The notes beneath the pieces are model-generated. The model had not been told where the DNA came from and did no database searches. It was given only the letters and a program-made list of their open reading frames with translations. The position numbers and the translations under genes were made by a program. 64,000 bases of DNA. Origin: Candidatus Microgenomates bacterium (GTDB lineage Bacteria; Patescibacteriota; Microgenomatia; UBA8517). Where the stretch lies: NCBI GenBank assembly GCA_049519355.1, contig JBEKQV010000002.1:67479-131478 (forward strand), given 5' to 3'. Position 1 is the stretch's first letter. The number at the start of each line of letters is the position of its first letter. Shown here piece by piece: positions 47,736-58,183 of this stretch.

Positions 47736-48019
47736 CACGATGGCTCTTTCTTGAAAAGTCTTCTAAGCTCAGCTTTTGCTTCATCCAAAATTTTTAACCG
47801 CCTTGGTGGCAAGTTCTTCCCCGCACGGTTAATATAAAAATTCAACATACTCATAGCTGATTGAAACGGAGCGGCTTTACGTCGTACCGAGTTTTCGGCC
47901 GATTCCTTGAGCGATCTTGCAATCTCTTTCGGATTACTCCAGGTGAATACCCCTTCTTCAAGATCCAAGGCAAAACTATTTTTTGTAACTTTATCCGACC
48001 ATTTCTCTTTTTTTAACAT
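47735..48019 (-). CDS. DUF3175-like small basic protein
   Basis: ALDLEEGVFT...SAMSMLNFYINRAGKNL. Confidence 0.8.
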   Translation of the reverse strand: MLKKEKWSDKVTKNSFALDLEEGVFTWSNPKEIARSLKESAENSVRRKAAPFQSAMSMLNFYINRAGKNLPPRRLKILDEAKAELRRLFKKEPS

Positions 48020-48043
48020 TGTCTTAAAGTTATATACTTAATT

Positions 48044-48181
48044 ATGATTGTAAAACGTAAAAATGGTTATTACGTGATATCTAAGCTTTCGCATAAACAT
48101 TTAGGTGGTCCTTATAAAAAACGTGAGGACGCGCTTAAACGTTTGCGGCAGGTGGAATACTTCAAGCGCATTGGAAAATAA
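48044..48181 (+). CDS. Small basic protein (45 aa), not in ORF track
   Basis: MIVKRKNGYYVISKLSHKHLGGPYKKREDALKRLRQVEYFKRIGK*, with TATACT 5 nt before ATG. Fills the intergenic gap. Confidence 0.7.
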   Translation: MIVKRKNGYYVISKLSHKHLGGPYKKREDALKRLRQVEYFKRIGK

Positions 48182-48220
48182 ATTGCCACCTTATGTTACT
48201 ATTATGTTACCATTATTCTC

Positions 48221-48940
48221 ATGGAACTAAAACTTATTGAAAAAAGAGATGAAACTAAAGGAACTAAATCATTTTTCTGGCAACCCGAAAAGCCCGTTAA
48301 CTGGTTTGCAGGACAGTACTACTATTTTACAATCCCTGTAATGAAATATCCTGACCCGAGGGGAAACACAAGACATTTTACAATCTCCGCCTCGCCCACC
48401 GAAGGAAACATTCTGAGACTTACCACAAGGATACGTGAAGAATCAGGTTATAAAAAGACATTAGATGAGCTCACAATCGGATCCGAGATTGAAGGGGAAG
48501 GCCCAAACGGCACTTTTATTCTCGATGAAACTTCCGATAAATCAAATATTTTTATCGCAGGAGGAATCGGAATAACTCCTTTCAGAAGCATTATCAAGTA
48601 TGTTGTTGATAAAAACTTAACGACCCCAATTCATCTCATTTACTCCAACTCAGTTCCCGAAGAAATCACTTTCAGAAAAGAACTTGAAGATTGGTCAAAG
48701 ACACATCTCAATATCAAGGTAGATATTACAATCAGTCATCCGGAAGAGTCCAAAGAACCATGGACCGGATTAACCGGAAGGATTGATGAAAACTTAATAA
48801 ATAAACTTGTTCATGATACCGAAAATCCTATATTTTGGGTTTGCGGGCCACCCGCGATGACCGATGCAATCGAACAAGTTCTTGGTAAAATAAAGATCAC
48901 TTCAGACAGGATCCGTTCAGAAAAATTCACCGGCTACTAG
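48221..48940 (+). CDS. FAD/NAD(P)-binding ferredoxin-reductase family oxidoreductase
   Basis: RHFTIS, GPNGTF, AGGIGITP, CGPP, EKF. Confidence 0.92.
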   Translation: MELKLIEKRDETKGTKSFFWQPEKPVNWFAGQYYYFTIPVMKYPDPRGNTRHFTISASPTEGNILRLTTRIREESGYKKTLDELTIGSEIEGEGPNGTFILDETSDKSNIFIAGGIGITPFRSIIKYVVDKNLTTPIHLIYSNSVPEEITFRKELEDWSKTHLNIKVDITISHPEESKEPWTGLTGRIDENLINKLVHDTENPIFWVCGPPAMTDAIEQVLGKIKITSDRIRSEKFTGY

Positions 48941-50154
48941 AGTGTAAATCTGCCGTTTTTATAAATAACAATTTCCGTTCCGTCGGATAATTTAGCGGTA
49001 ACGGTTCTATCTGTGGTAGAAATTATATCCGTATGGACCGGGGAATCGTTATACCCCATCTTTAACCATTCAATTTTTGTAACTCTGGGTATGTCCCCGG
49101 GATACGATTCTTTATAAGCATTACCAAGCGCTAAGTGCGTATTACCGAATCTCCCACCGATATTTTCGTCAAAAAGTGTTTCGCCCATAAAATGACTTAT
49201 ATTTGAAAACCGGTTGTCGGTTAATGAAAATTCCCCAACCATATCTGCACCTTTTGTAGCAATCATTTGTCCTAAAAGCTCTTTTCCGGCTGAAGCTTCA
49301 AAGTTCACAACTCTGCCTTCCTTAAACTCAAGTTTTATGTCTCGAGTAACATTTCCGTATCTATACAATGGTTCGCTAAAAGATATTAACCCTTCTGTCT
49401 TTGTTCTATCGGGACTAATGAATATTTCGAAACTGGGAATATTCCTGCCGTCTCCCCCCAACCAGGTCCTATTTTTATCAATTCCGATAACCAAATCCGT
49501 CTCGGGCGCTGTGATGTGAAGATTTCTTATATCAAGACTGTTTAATTTTCCTCGCAGTCTTTTAATTTCTCCAAATGTTTCTTTCCATTTTATAATCGGA
49601 TCGGAACTGTCCAAATAACATCCTTTAATAATTTGCCCCCAATAATCTTCGAGATCCATCCCGACGTCTTTTGCCAAAGCCGGGGTTCCATATAGACCTA
49701 TTGTCCAAGTTAATTTCCCCCGATTTTCTTTTTCATCCCGCCATTCGTAATACAAATTCTGCGCAACCCCCCTTTTCATTATCTTCCCGGGATCCACACC
49801 CTTAAGCTCATACTTGTCAGTATCCGCAATTATCATTACAACATGATCCATCTGGTCAATTTCACCGCGGATATACTTTTTCGGGAAAAAATTTATTTGG
49901 TCATCACTTGCCCACTCATAGAATTCTTTTGAATAACCGTCGGGTATAAATTCAGTGATCGGAAACGCTCCGGCCTGAAGGACAACTCGTCTTAAAGAAA
50001 AAAGAAGAGGCTTGGCGGCCTCGGGAACCTGCAAAAAAACAACTTCGCCTTTTTTAACACCATATCCACCACCAAGAGCAAAATTAATTAAAACCTGAGC
50101 ATATTTATCCAGTATTTTTCTATCAGGAATATACACGTACTTATTATATCGCAC
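48937..50154 (-). CDS. M29 aminopeptidase
   Basis: NIPSFEIF, LFDEN, HLALG, N.SPVHTD. Confidence 0.92.
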   Translation of the reverse strand: MRYNKYVYIPDRKILDKYAQVLINFALGGGYGVKKGEVVFLQVPEAAKPLLFSLRRVVLQAGAFPITEFIPDGYSKEFYEWASDDQINFFPKKYIRGEIDQMDHVVMIIADTDKYELKGVDPGKIMKRGVAQNLYYEWRDEKENRGKLTWTIGLYGTPALAKDVGMDLEDYWGQIIKGCYLDSSDPIIKWKETFGEIKRLRGKLNSLDIRNLHITAPETDLVIGIDKNRTWLGGDGRNIPSFEIFISPDRTKTEGLISFSEPLYRYGNVTRDIKLEFKEGRVVNFEASAGKELLGQMIATKGADMVGEFSLTDNRFSNISHFMGETLFDENIGGRFGNTHLALGNAYKESYPGDIPRVTKIEWLKMGYNDSPVHTDIISTTDRTVTAKLSDGTEIVIYKNGRFTL

Positions 50155-50184
50155 TCAGTCTCAGGTGGTATAATTACGTTTGTC

Positions 50185-50260
50185 GCCGAGGTAGCTCAGT
50201 TGGTAGAGCGGCGGTATCGTAAACCGCAGGTCGTGGGTTCGATCCCCACTCTCGGCTCCA
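50185..50260 (+). tRNA. tRNA-Thr(CGT)
   Basis: GCCGAGG/TCTCGGC, GCGGT-ATCGTAA-ACCGC, TTCGATC, TCCA. Confidence 0.93.
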
Positions 50261-50266
50261 ATAAAA

Positions 50267-50983
50267 ATGAGACGTCAATATTCCAGACTCGTAGGGGTGG
50301 AGGAAAAAAGAAACACCAGAAGTGCCATATTTTTTATTGTTTTAACTGTGGCATTTCTATCCCTGATTTATTTTGCCGGAATTCCATTAATAGGCAAGTT
50401 TACAGTCTTTGTTTCAAGCCTGCGCGGCGGGTCTAAAGCTATCCAGCAAACCGACACAACTCCACCGGCCCCTCCAACTTTTAATAACTTCCCCACATTT
50501 ACTAACCAACAAAACGCTTCAGTTTCAGGAACAACTGAACCCGGAGCGACCGTAAAGCTAACCTTAAACGGCACCACACAAGAATCTGTGGCGGATAAAG
50601 ATGGAATATTTTCCTTCAATCTCCAACTCCAAAACGGCGTTAACTCACTCTCCGCAATTTCAGTAGACCAAGCGGGAAATCAAAGTTTGCAAACACAAAA
50701 TTTCCAGATAACTTTCGATAATAAACCTCCGAATCTCACAATAAATTCTCCCTCGGATGGAGCCGGTTTCTTTGGATCCAATCAAATTCAGGTTACAATT
50801 CAGGGCAAAACCGATGCGGGTGCCCAAATCACAATAAACGGCCGTATTGTGTCGGTTGATGATAGCGGTAATTTCCAATACACAACAACCTTAAATAGCG
50901 GAGCCAATCCTTTCGCCGTAATATCCACGGATCAGGCGGGAAACACTACGGAGAAAGACATCACTCTTAACTTCACTCCTTAA
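50267..50983 (+). CDS. Membrane-anchored protein with two bacterial Ig-like domains
   Basis: TM helix, DTTPPAPP, two G.T..GA...DQAGN repeats. Confidence 0.85.
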   Translation: MRRQYSRLVGVEEKRNTRSAIFFIVLTVAFLSLIYFAGIPLIGKFTVFVSSLRGGSKAIQQTDTTPPAPPTFNNFPTFTNQQNASVSGTTEPGATVKLTLNGTTQESVADKDGIFSFNLQLQNGVNSLSAISVDQAGNQSLQTQNFQITFDNKPPNLTINSPSDGAGFFGSNQIQVTIQGKTDAGAQITINGRIVSVDDSGNFQYTTTLNSGANPFAVISTDQAGNTTEKDITLNFTP

Positions 50984-52166
50984 GTGAAACCGCAAGCAGA
51001 ATAACGATATAACCCATTATCCACGGGTAAAAAATGGAATTGGAAAAAAGACTGTGTATAAGAAGCGCCATAAATGAAACAATAAAAATTTTAGATTCTA
51101 CCGACCTGCTAAGGGAACTTCCGATTTTTCTAATCAAATCCAAAAAAATCATAAACCCGACAGCCCCCGTTGTTGTCAGAACAAAAAGCAAGCTTGAATC
51201 TGATCCGGAACAGGAATGTGAGGAAAAGTCTTGAAAACCGATAAATTTTTGGTAGGCGAGGCACATATTGTCATAACCGATCCCAAAAACTGGGGAAGCC
51301 GAAAATATTTTTAAGGTTAATCTATAATCCACTAATCGCGCTATAACGGAAAAACTCCTAAAAAGCTCTATGCTGTGATTTCTGGCTGTAGGAAGAAGAA
51401 GAACAATTACAACAAGACCTAAAATCAATAACAGTAGTTTCTTAAACTTCTTCTCAATATAAATTATTGCCAAAATGGCAACCGCAAAGGCCAGATAGCT
51501 TGCTCTGGAATATGTAAATGCAAGTGAGACAAAAAGGAATGCCGCAATCAAAATGTTTTTCCAGTCCCGCTTATTAATGTACCTATATATGGATATCACA
51601 AGCCCAAACACCAAAATAAGACCTAAAAACGTCGGGTCAAGAAACGTTCCCACAAGCCTAAACAAATGCATGTCCCATCCCCAAACAAAGAAGGGTTTGA
51701 TATCAGGAAAAGTGAAAAACTGAATCCAACCAAAAACAGCCGAAACAACCGAAATTCCCAAAAGACAATCCTTCAGCAAACTTACGTTTACCTTGGACCT
51801 CTTTGCAAAATTCCAGACATAAACCAGGAAATAGAAGTAGGCCGCAAGTCTAATAAAGTAAAAAAATCCGTAGACCAAATCGGCAGACTTAAAGACAAAT
51901 ATGGAAAAAACAAACGCAAATAATGCCGCAAAAAGAAAATTAACTACCGACCTAAAAAAAACAGGTTTTAAAAACCTTTTAATTAACGCATAAACACCTG
52001 CACAACCTACAATAATATCTACCGGCTGAAGAGGAATAGTAAGCCCCACAAGGTAAAAATTTAAACGGATAATTTGTCCAAAAGGGAACGCCACCAAAAA
52101 AAGGAAAAGAAACAAACTTTCCAGCGAAAAAATATTATGCCAGTTTAATTTTTTTGTAATTCCCAT
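50973..52166 (-). CDS. O-antigen ligase / oligosaccharyltransferase family
   Basis: RLVGTFLDP, TYSRAS, PVFGIG, multi-TM. Confidence 0.85.
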   Translation of the reverse strand: MGITKKLNWHNIFSLESLFLFLFLVAFPFGQIIRLNFYLVGLTIPLQPVDIIVGCAGVYALIKRFLKPVFFRSVVNFLFAALFAFVFSIFVFKSADLVYGFFYFIRLAAYFYFLVYVWNFAKRSKVNVSLLKDCLLGISVVSAVFGWIQFFTFPDIKPFFVWGWDMHLFRLVGTFLDPTFLGLILVFGLVISIYRYINKRDWKNILIAAFLFVSLAFTYSRASYLAFAVAILAIIYIEKKFKKLLLLILGLVVIVLLLPTARNHSIELFRSFSVIARLVDYRLTLKIFSASPVFGIGYDNMCLAYQKFIGFQDFSSHSCSGSDSSLLFVLTTTGAVGFMIFLDLIRKIGSSLSRSVESKIFIVSFMALLIHSLFSNSIFYPWIMGYIVILLAVSLKE

Positions 52167-52717
52167 TGTTTAGCCCACCCTAAAAACGAGTGAAAAGATT
52201 GTAGCATACTAAAAATATATCCACGGCCTTCCAGTATATTTTGAATAAACTTGGCCTTAGGATAAAAAATCATTTTGAAGAGATTTGAACTTTTTCCCTC
52301 TTTAAGATTCTCGGAAGCATGAATTGAGGAGTAATTATTAATTTTTTCAATGTAATTGTGCAAATTGTAAGCAGTGTTATGAATAATATAATTTTTTAAA
52401 GTACCAACCGGACCGTTAATCTTCCAGGTTTCGTGTACTCTCCTCACCCATTTGCCAGACTTTTTCCTGGCTAATCTTAAAACTTTATCCTCTCCGATAA
52501 CCTTACCCAAAAACACAATTTTTCTTTTTATATAAAAACCTTCAAAATTTCCGGGTTCTAGTTTAGCAATTTCTTCCGCCAATTTTTTAGGTAACTTTTC
52601 ATCAGTATCCAAAAACAATATCCATTCGGATTTGGTTTTTGCCAAAAGCCTGTTCCGGGCTAATGCAAAGTCTTTTATGTTCTCCTCCTTTAAAATAATT
52701 ACTTTAAAATTAATCAT
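52145..52717 (-). CDS. GT2 glycosyltransferase (short)
   Basis: DFALARN, WILFLDTDE, VHE. Confidence 0.82.
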   Translation of the reverse strand: MINFKVIILKEENIKDFALARNRLLAKTKSEWILFLDTDEKLPKKLAEEIAKLEPGNFEGFYIKRKIVFLGKVIGEDKVLRLARKKSGKWVRRVHETWKINGPVGTLKNYIIHNTAYNLHNYIEKINNYSSIHASENLKEGKSSNLFKMIFYPKAKFIQNILEGRGYIFSMLQSFHSFLGWAKQWELQKN

Positions 52718-54089
52718 TTCTTTCAACAGTTACGTCGCCAACGTCATAAATTATGTATTTCTTTTTTGCGGATGGATCGATTTTTCCACCTTTTGTCAGA
52801 ATCAAAAACTGATAATTTTGGTCGTAGTTTTCAGGAAAATAATCATAAGGGCCAAGCCGAATTAAACTGAAAGGAGTGCCGTTTGCATCTTTGACAATAG
52901 CCGATGCCACGCCTTCTTGAATTTTAAGAGGAATATAATCCACGTCATTAACGTGTTCGTTATTTAGACCAAGAATGCTGGCAACAAATATTAAAATAAA
53001 TAGAATAGTCGTTAAAAACTTTACAGACCTTTTTTCCCAGTATTCGCAAACAAAAAAAGAAAATAATAATCCAAAATTCAGAAAAACCGGCAAAAAATAG
53101 TGAATCGGAGGACTGGTATGAATAACGAGTGCGAAAAACTGAACAACTGTAGATGAAATCAGATAAAAAACAAAAAAATCTTTTACAAATTTTTTATAAT
53201 TTTGAAAAACAAAAACGGCAAAAAGTACAATAAAAATTATTGATCCCAATATCCAAAAGCGGTTATCCCAAAACAAATTTCTACCTAAAAATTCGTTGAA
53301 CGCCTGCAATGTGGTCCCGCCGGAAACAACATCGAAGTTGTTTTTCGGATATAAACCTGCAAATCCCGCAAACCTATACGGAATCCAAAGAATAAGGTTT
53401 TTAACCATCGAAAAATTCTGACCGGCATCGTAAATTAAAATCGTAATATTCGGCAAAATCAAACCAATAACAAATTTAAAATAATCGGAAACTTTCAGAA
53501 TTTTTCTTCTAACCCAAAAAACTCCAAAAAATACCAAGAAAAGCGGTATTTGGCTGAAGTGAAAACTGAAAAGCAGTCCAAAAAAAAATCCCAACCAGAA
53601 AACATACTTTTTCTCTTTGTGCCAAATTTTATAAAGTGAATATATTACCAAAGGAATCAAAATAAAGAAAAAAGTATGCAATTTCGATAAGCGCGTAATC
53701 CAGATCCAAAGCGGGGAAAGAGAAACAAAAAATGACAAAATTACGGCAAATTTTTGCCCGGCGATTTTGGAAAAAACAAAATAGGTAATAAATATTCCTA
53801 TCATTGACACCGTTAGCGCCAACCAAAATAAAATAAAGGGCGATTGACCAAATATCCTTACCAACGGAATCAAAATCCAATAATAAACGGGGCCGTACCG
53901 CAGCCACACATGAGAAGTCGGAAGACCAACAAGGGGCAACCCGCCGTTTTGAACATATTGCCTAATATACAGAAATTCTTTTCCGAGTTCCCCAGTAAAA
54001 TAATAATTGCTGCCGATTTTATAAATTCTGAGAAAAGTGCCGGCAGCGATAATCAAAAAAAGAAGTATCAAGTTAAGCTTTTTGGACAT
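52710..54089 (-). CDS. GT-C membrane glycosyltransferase (ArnT/PMT-like)
   Basis: FLRIY, GPVYYW, multi-TM. Confidence 0.75.
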   Translation of the reverse strand: MSKKLNLILLFLIIAAGTFLRIYKIGSNYYFTGELGKEFLYIRQYVQNGGLPLVGLPTSHVWLRYGPVYYWILIPLVRIFGQSPFILFWLALTVSMIGIFITYFVFSKIAGQKFAVILSFFVSLSPLWIWITRLSKLHTFFFILIPLVIYSLYKIWHKEKKYVFWLGFFFGLLFSFHFSQIPLFLVFFGVFWVRRKILKVSDYFKFVIGLILPNITILIYDAGQNFSMVKNLILWIPYRFAGFAGLYPKNNFDVVSGGTTLQAFNEFLGRNLFWDNRFWILGSIIFIVLFAVFVFQNYKKFVKDFFVFYLISSTVVQFFALVIHTSPPIHYFLPVFLNFGLLFSFFVCEYWEKRSVKFLTTILFILIFVASILGLNNEHVNDVDYIPLKIQEGVASAIVKDANGTPFSLIRLGPYDYFPENYDQNYQFLILTKGGKIDPSAKKKYIIYDVGDVTVERND

Positions 54090-55311
54090 CTTTGGGTATA
54101 AATATTTTCTGGATATTAACGATAATCACAGGTAAGCTACAAATCACGGCAATTATAGTTGAATAGCCTGCACCAACTATTCCGTACTTCAGCACTAAAG
54201 GATAGATTACCAACCCCATTCCGACAATTCCAAAAAGTTCCGATAACATGACTGTTTTTTGCATCTTGAGAGAAAGAAAAAGAGAGTAAGTAGAATTCAA
54301 AATTGATTTAAGAACTCCAAAAACCGCCAGGACTTTTAAGACGGGTTCAATTGACAGCCACTTGGGACCCAAAAAAACCAGAATGATCGGATGGGCAAAA
54401 CCCAAAATGACAACACCAAAGACGATGGCCAGAAAGAAAATCGCCCCAAAAGCCCGTATAAATGCTTTTTTTAGAATCTTCGCGTCGTCGGAGATCTTCA
54501 CAAACACCGGGAACATCACGACACTGAAAATATCACTAACCCCCGAAACGGGTAAAGTTGAAATGCTATATGACTGTTGATAAAAACCAAGACTGGTTGT
54601 TCCCAAAACTTTTCCTACCGTAACGTTATCAATATTCTGAAAAATGTAGGCAAAAATACCAGCCCCCGTTACCCATTTGCCACTATGAATCACCTTTAGA
54701 AACTTTTCTTTATCAAGATTTAATCGTGGCCTGTCCTTAAAGATTGCAAAACTTAATATCACCTCGACAGTCGCCGCAACTATCATGCTTATTATCATTG
54801 CGCTTTCGGAATGTGTAATAATTCCCAAGCTAATCGCCACCCCCGCATCTATTAAATAAAGAAGCCCTTGGAATAAAAATTGCTTCATAAACTTCAATTC
54901 CTTCTGAAAAGTTACTTCCATCGGGTTTATAAATCCCCTTATGAACGCTACCGCGGCAATCAGATAAAGTAAGGTAATAACTTGAGGTGTATTAAAAAAA
55001 TGAATAACTAGGGGGGCCGATAGAAAAATCAAAAGCGAAACCAAGGTTCCCCTGATAATCGATACTACCCAGGCCGAATTAAGATATTTTTGAATTTCGT
55101 CTTTTTCCTGAATCAAAAAAACATTAATCCCTGTTTCCGTAATAACTTCCAGGAAACCCAGAACCAGGAGGGCAATACCGTAGGAACCAAACTGTGAAGG
55201 AGTCAGAATCCGGGCTAAGACAGCAATTTTAAGAACCGCAACAGCCTTGGTTAGACCCTCAAGAGCGGTCATCCAGGAAATCCCTTTTAACGCATCCTTA
55301 AAGTAGCCCAT
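54073..55311 (-). CDS. Wzx-type oligosaccharide flippase
   Basis: LARILTPSQFG, DNVTVGKVLG...LGFY, VMFP. Confidence 0.9.
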   Translation of the reverse strand: MGYFKDALKGISWMTALEGLTKAVAVLKIAVLARILTPSQFGSYGIALLVLGFLEVITETGINVFLIQEKDEIQKYLNSAWVVSIIRGTLVSLLIFLSAPLVIHFFNTPQVITLLYLIAAVAFIRGFINPMEVTFQKELKFMKQFLFQGLLYLIDAGVAISLGIITHSESAMIISMIVAATVEVILSFAIFKDRPRLNLDKEKFLKVIHSGKWVTGAGIFAYIFQNIDNVTVGKVLGTTSLGFYQQSYSISTLPVSGVSDIFSVVMFPVFVKISDDAKILKKAFIRAFGAIFFLAIVFGVVILGFAHPIILVFLGPKWLSIEPVLKVLAVFGVLKSILNSTYSLFLSLKMQKTVMLSELFGIVGMGLVIYPLVLKYGIVGAGYSTIIAVICSLPVIIVNIQKIFIPKDVQKA

Positions 55312-56255
55312 TACAAACTGATTATACCCGATATGAAGCCTGCTATCACTGCAAAGTCAGAAGTTATCTGAAGAACTGGACCCCATAAAGAAACTTTCCA
55401 ATCCCCAAACTCCAAATAAACTTTTCTGTAAGCCCAATAAAAATAAATAAAAATCAAAATTATCAGAACGGGGAGTAGTAGATCATATTCAAAAGATAAA
55501 ATTAAAATTGCAAGCCCAATAACATATCTCACAAGGATAAATAGTGACTTAATATTGTGCGACATAAGACGTTGAGTTGGATGCCACCAAATTCCGTACC
55601 TCGCATCCCACTTTGCATAATCTCTAATCTTTCCAAAAAATCCCTTGAGGGTTTCCGGCATCCCCCACTCTACTTCTGCACTTTTCACGCGTGAATACTT
55701 TAAACCCAATTTCACGGCTTTATAATTAAAGTCCGTATCCTCGGCTGAATTCCCCTTCCCTTCCGGAAATCCCCCGATTTCTTCCCAGGCTTTTTTGGTA
55801 AATGCCATAGATCTGGTCGACGGTAAAAAATTTATTCCGAATTTTCTCGAAGTTACCCCCAAAAATACCGATTCTGCTTTTTGGAGATAAGAATTTCCGG
55901 TCATTTTATAAAATCCGGCTGAAATATCCACTCTACCTGTTGCAAACGGAGCCGTAAGATTCTTCAACCAATCCTTATCGGCAACACACCCGGCATCCGT
56001 TATAGCAATCACATCCCCTTTGGCAATCTCCATTCCGAAATTCCTGCCTTTAGCCCGAGAACACTTTTCTACCAAAAGTTTTATCCGGCTGTCTTTTTGT
56101 TGATAATGACGGATAATCTCGACGGTCCTATCAGTTGAACCACCGTCAACAATAATAATCTGCTCCGCCTTCTTTGATTGATCCATCAAAGAATCCAGAA
56201 GCGGTGCAATCGTACCTTCCTCGTTAAATGTGGTTATACAAATTGAGATATTCAT
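55311..56255 (-). CDS. GT2 glycosyltransferase
   Basis: NEE, VDGGSTD, TDAG, AEDTDF. Start 56255 gives an ATGA overlap (track uses 56264). Confidence 0.92.
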   Translation of the reverse strand: MNISICITTFNEEGTIAPLLDSLMDQSKKAEQIIIVDGGSTDRTVEIIRHYQQKDSRIKLLVEKCSRAKGRNFGMEIAKGDVIAITDAGCVADKDWLKNLTAPFATGRVDISAGFYKMTGNSYLQKAESVFLGVTSRKFGINFLPSTRSMAFTKKAWEEIGGFPEGKGNSAEDTDFNYKAVKLGLKYSRVKSAEVEWGMPETLKGFFGKIRDYAKWDARYGIWWHPTQRLMSHNIKSLFILVRYVIGLAILILSFEYDLLLPVLIILIFIYFYWAYRKVYLEFGDWKVSLWGPVLQITSDFAVIAGFISGIISL

Positions 56256-57025
56256 GCTCTCCAAGCATATATGTAGCCTATCCGTGTTCCTGTTTTCGAC
56301 ATTTTAGTTTTATAGTTACTCTTTCTTAACACTTTAACGATTTGTTGATGAGATAATACTGACATATCGTCATGATATTCTAACGCAATTCTGTTTATTT
56401 TTTTCCAACCTTTTTTGTTCATTGATTTTATAATTGCACCTTCTCCACCTTCACAATCAATCTTTAAAAAATCAACCCTTTTTATTTTATAGTCACTTAA
56501 TACTCTCGCCAATGTCAAAGACCGGACTATAATGTACTTTTTTAATTCTCTGCCACCTTTGCCAGCAGAAAGCGATCCCTGCGAATCCAGGTCGTTGAGG
56601 TATAATTTATCACTTCCATTCCGGAAGGATACCGCCGCTTCAATAATAATTGGCACTACTGATTTATTCAATCCAAAATTTCTTTTAACGAGCGCAATAT
56701 TCTTTTTCAATGGTTCAATGGCAATAATTCTTTTCGCGCCGAACTTCAAGGCAAACAAACAAAAAACACCTGCGTTCGCACCAATATCGACAACGGTATC
56801 TCCATTTTTAATTCGCATAAAGGGAGGGTTGTAAACCTTTTTGATAAATATCTCATGGACCAAATCGACTATCAAATTCCTCGAACCTCCGACCAAAATC
56901 GTTCCATCTCGCAAATTTACTTTTTGCGTTCGAATTCTAAAAAGTCGGTTAAAAAATATAATATACCAGTCTTTGTAATTTTGGAGAATTTCCAATATAT
57001 AATTCCATTTATTATTCAAATTCAT
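56252..57025 (-). CDS. FkbM family methyltransferase
   Basis: VDIGANAG, IEP, LKIDCEGGE, EYH. Confidence 0.93.
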   Translation of the reverse strand: MNLNNKWNYILEILQNYKDWYIIFFNRLFRIRTQKVNLRDGTILVGGSRNLIVDLVHEIFIKKVYNPPFMRIKNGDTVVDIGANAGVFCLFALKFGAKRIIAIEPLKKNIALVKRNFGLNKSVVPIIIEAAVSFRNGSDKLYLNDLDSQGSLSAGKGGRELKKYIIVRSLTLARVLSDYKIKRVDFLKIDCEGGEGAIIKSMNKKGWKKINRIALEYHDDMSVLSHQQIVKVLRKSNYKTKMSKTGTRIGYIYAWRA

Positions 57026-57145
57026 AATCGGAGTTTATCATTTGTCTTGAAGTGTTGCATTTTCCTGTCCACCTCCACAACGTAGCCATAGTATAAAAAT
57101 TACGGAGGTTTGACTTCCGAGGAAGGAAGAGTAAGATGATCTTAT

Positions 57146-57355
57146 ATGTCAGTTGGTGAGTGGATAAAAAGTAAATTGGGAAAAGGTGAAGGGGATAAGG
57201 ATCCGCGTTTATCGGGAGAGGGCTTACAGCCGACTCGGGTTCCTAGTATTGACGAGTTAAAAAATAGTAGAAAGTGGGGCCAGGAAACTTCAGAACAAGG
57301 TGGAAGCACAAATCCACCTGGCAGCCAGTCAAATCCAGGAGAAAAGATAGGTTAA
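57146..57355 (+). CDS. Hypothetical small protein
   Basis: 69 aa ORF with TTGACT-16-TAAGAT ending 8 nt before ATG. Confidence 0.5.
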   Translation: MSVGEWIKSKLGKGEGDKDPRLSGEGLQPTRVPSIDELKNSRKWGQETSEQGGSTNPPGSQSNPGEKIG

Positions 57356-58017
57356 CTTCTAACCCAGACAAGAAAGTTTCTGAAAAGGATTGGAATTTCT
57401 TTGAAGATTACAACTCCCAAGATTACTGCGTACATTATTAAGCCAATCGTAAAGAAAGGTTGAACTTTGAAATCGGTGCCAATAAGAAATCCGTGCAACC
57501 CCGCGATCAAAAATACAACATAATTAAACACATGCAGCTTTCTCCAATTTAGTCTCATCCAAGGGCTAGAGGCTCTGAAAAACCCTGCAAAAACCGTTAC
57601 CGTCAAGAGCCAGAAAGATATCATCCCAAGCGTATAGTAATAACCAGTAGCCGTCTGGCAAAGTAAACATACATTTATAAATACAGCATAAGGATTCCAC
57701 CCTTGACCTATAAAGTGATTGTAAGCCATAAAAATGAGAGGATGCAGCAGTGCCAGTGTGTAAATTAAAATCCCTTCAAAAATATGAAAGCTGAAAACCC
57801 ATGCTCCGAGCTTTTCGGTTAACTTTTCCATAAAAGCTCCCAAAAGTATTTGGGTAAACATGAGTGTAAAAGCCGCGAGACCAAAAATTCTTTGAAGAAA
57901 ATTGGTAATGGTTGAGGGGTACTTGAGAGCAAGGTGCAAAGGAGTTACTCGCAAGGCCGTAATAGGGATCAACAATAAAAGCAAAGTCCAGACTACAAAG
58001 AAAATAAATTTCTTCAT
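57352..58017 (-). CDS. Ferric reductase-like transmembrane (heme b) protein
   Basis: His pairs FH...LLHP and WRKLH...LHG in TM helices. Confidence 0.8.
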   Translation of the reverse strand: MKKFIFFVVWTLLLLLIPITALRVTPLHLALKYPSTITNFLQRIFGLAAFTLMFTQILLGAFMEKLTEKLGAWVFSFHIFEGILIYTLALLHPLIFMAYNHFIGQGWNPYAVFINVCLLCQTATGYYYTLGMISFWLLTVTVFAGFFRASSPWMRLNWRKLHVFNYVVFLIAGLHGFLIGTDFKVQPFFTIGLIMYAVILGVVIFKEIPILFRNFLVWVRS

Positions 58018-58041
58018 AAATCAATTATAAACGATTTTTAG

Positions 58042-58115
58042 TGGTCGCGCCTGGGCTCGAACCAGGGACCTTTGCAATGTGAATGCAACGCTCTAACCAA
58101 CTGAGCTACGCGACC
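58042..58115 (-). tRNA. tRNA-Val(CAC), CCA not encoded
   Basis: GGTCGCG/CGCGACC, TTGCA-TTCACAT-TGCAA, TTCGAGC. Confidence 0.93.
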
Positions 58116-58183
58116 CTGCCTATATTTTACCACGAGGCTGTGCCCATTGCCGAGTGTCGTGTTTACTTATCATGAAAAAGCCG

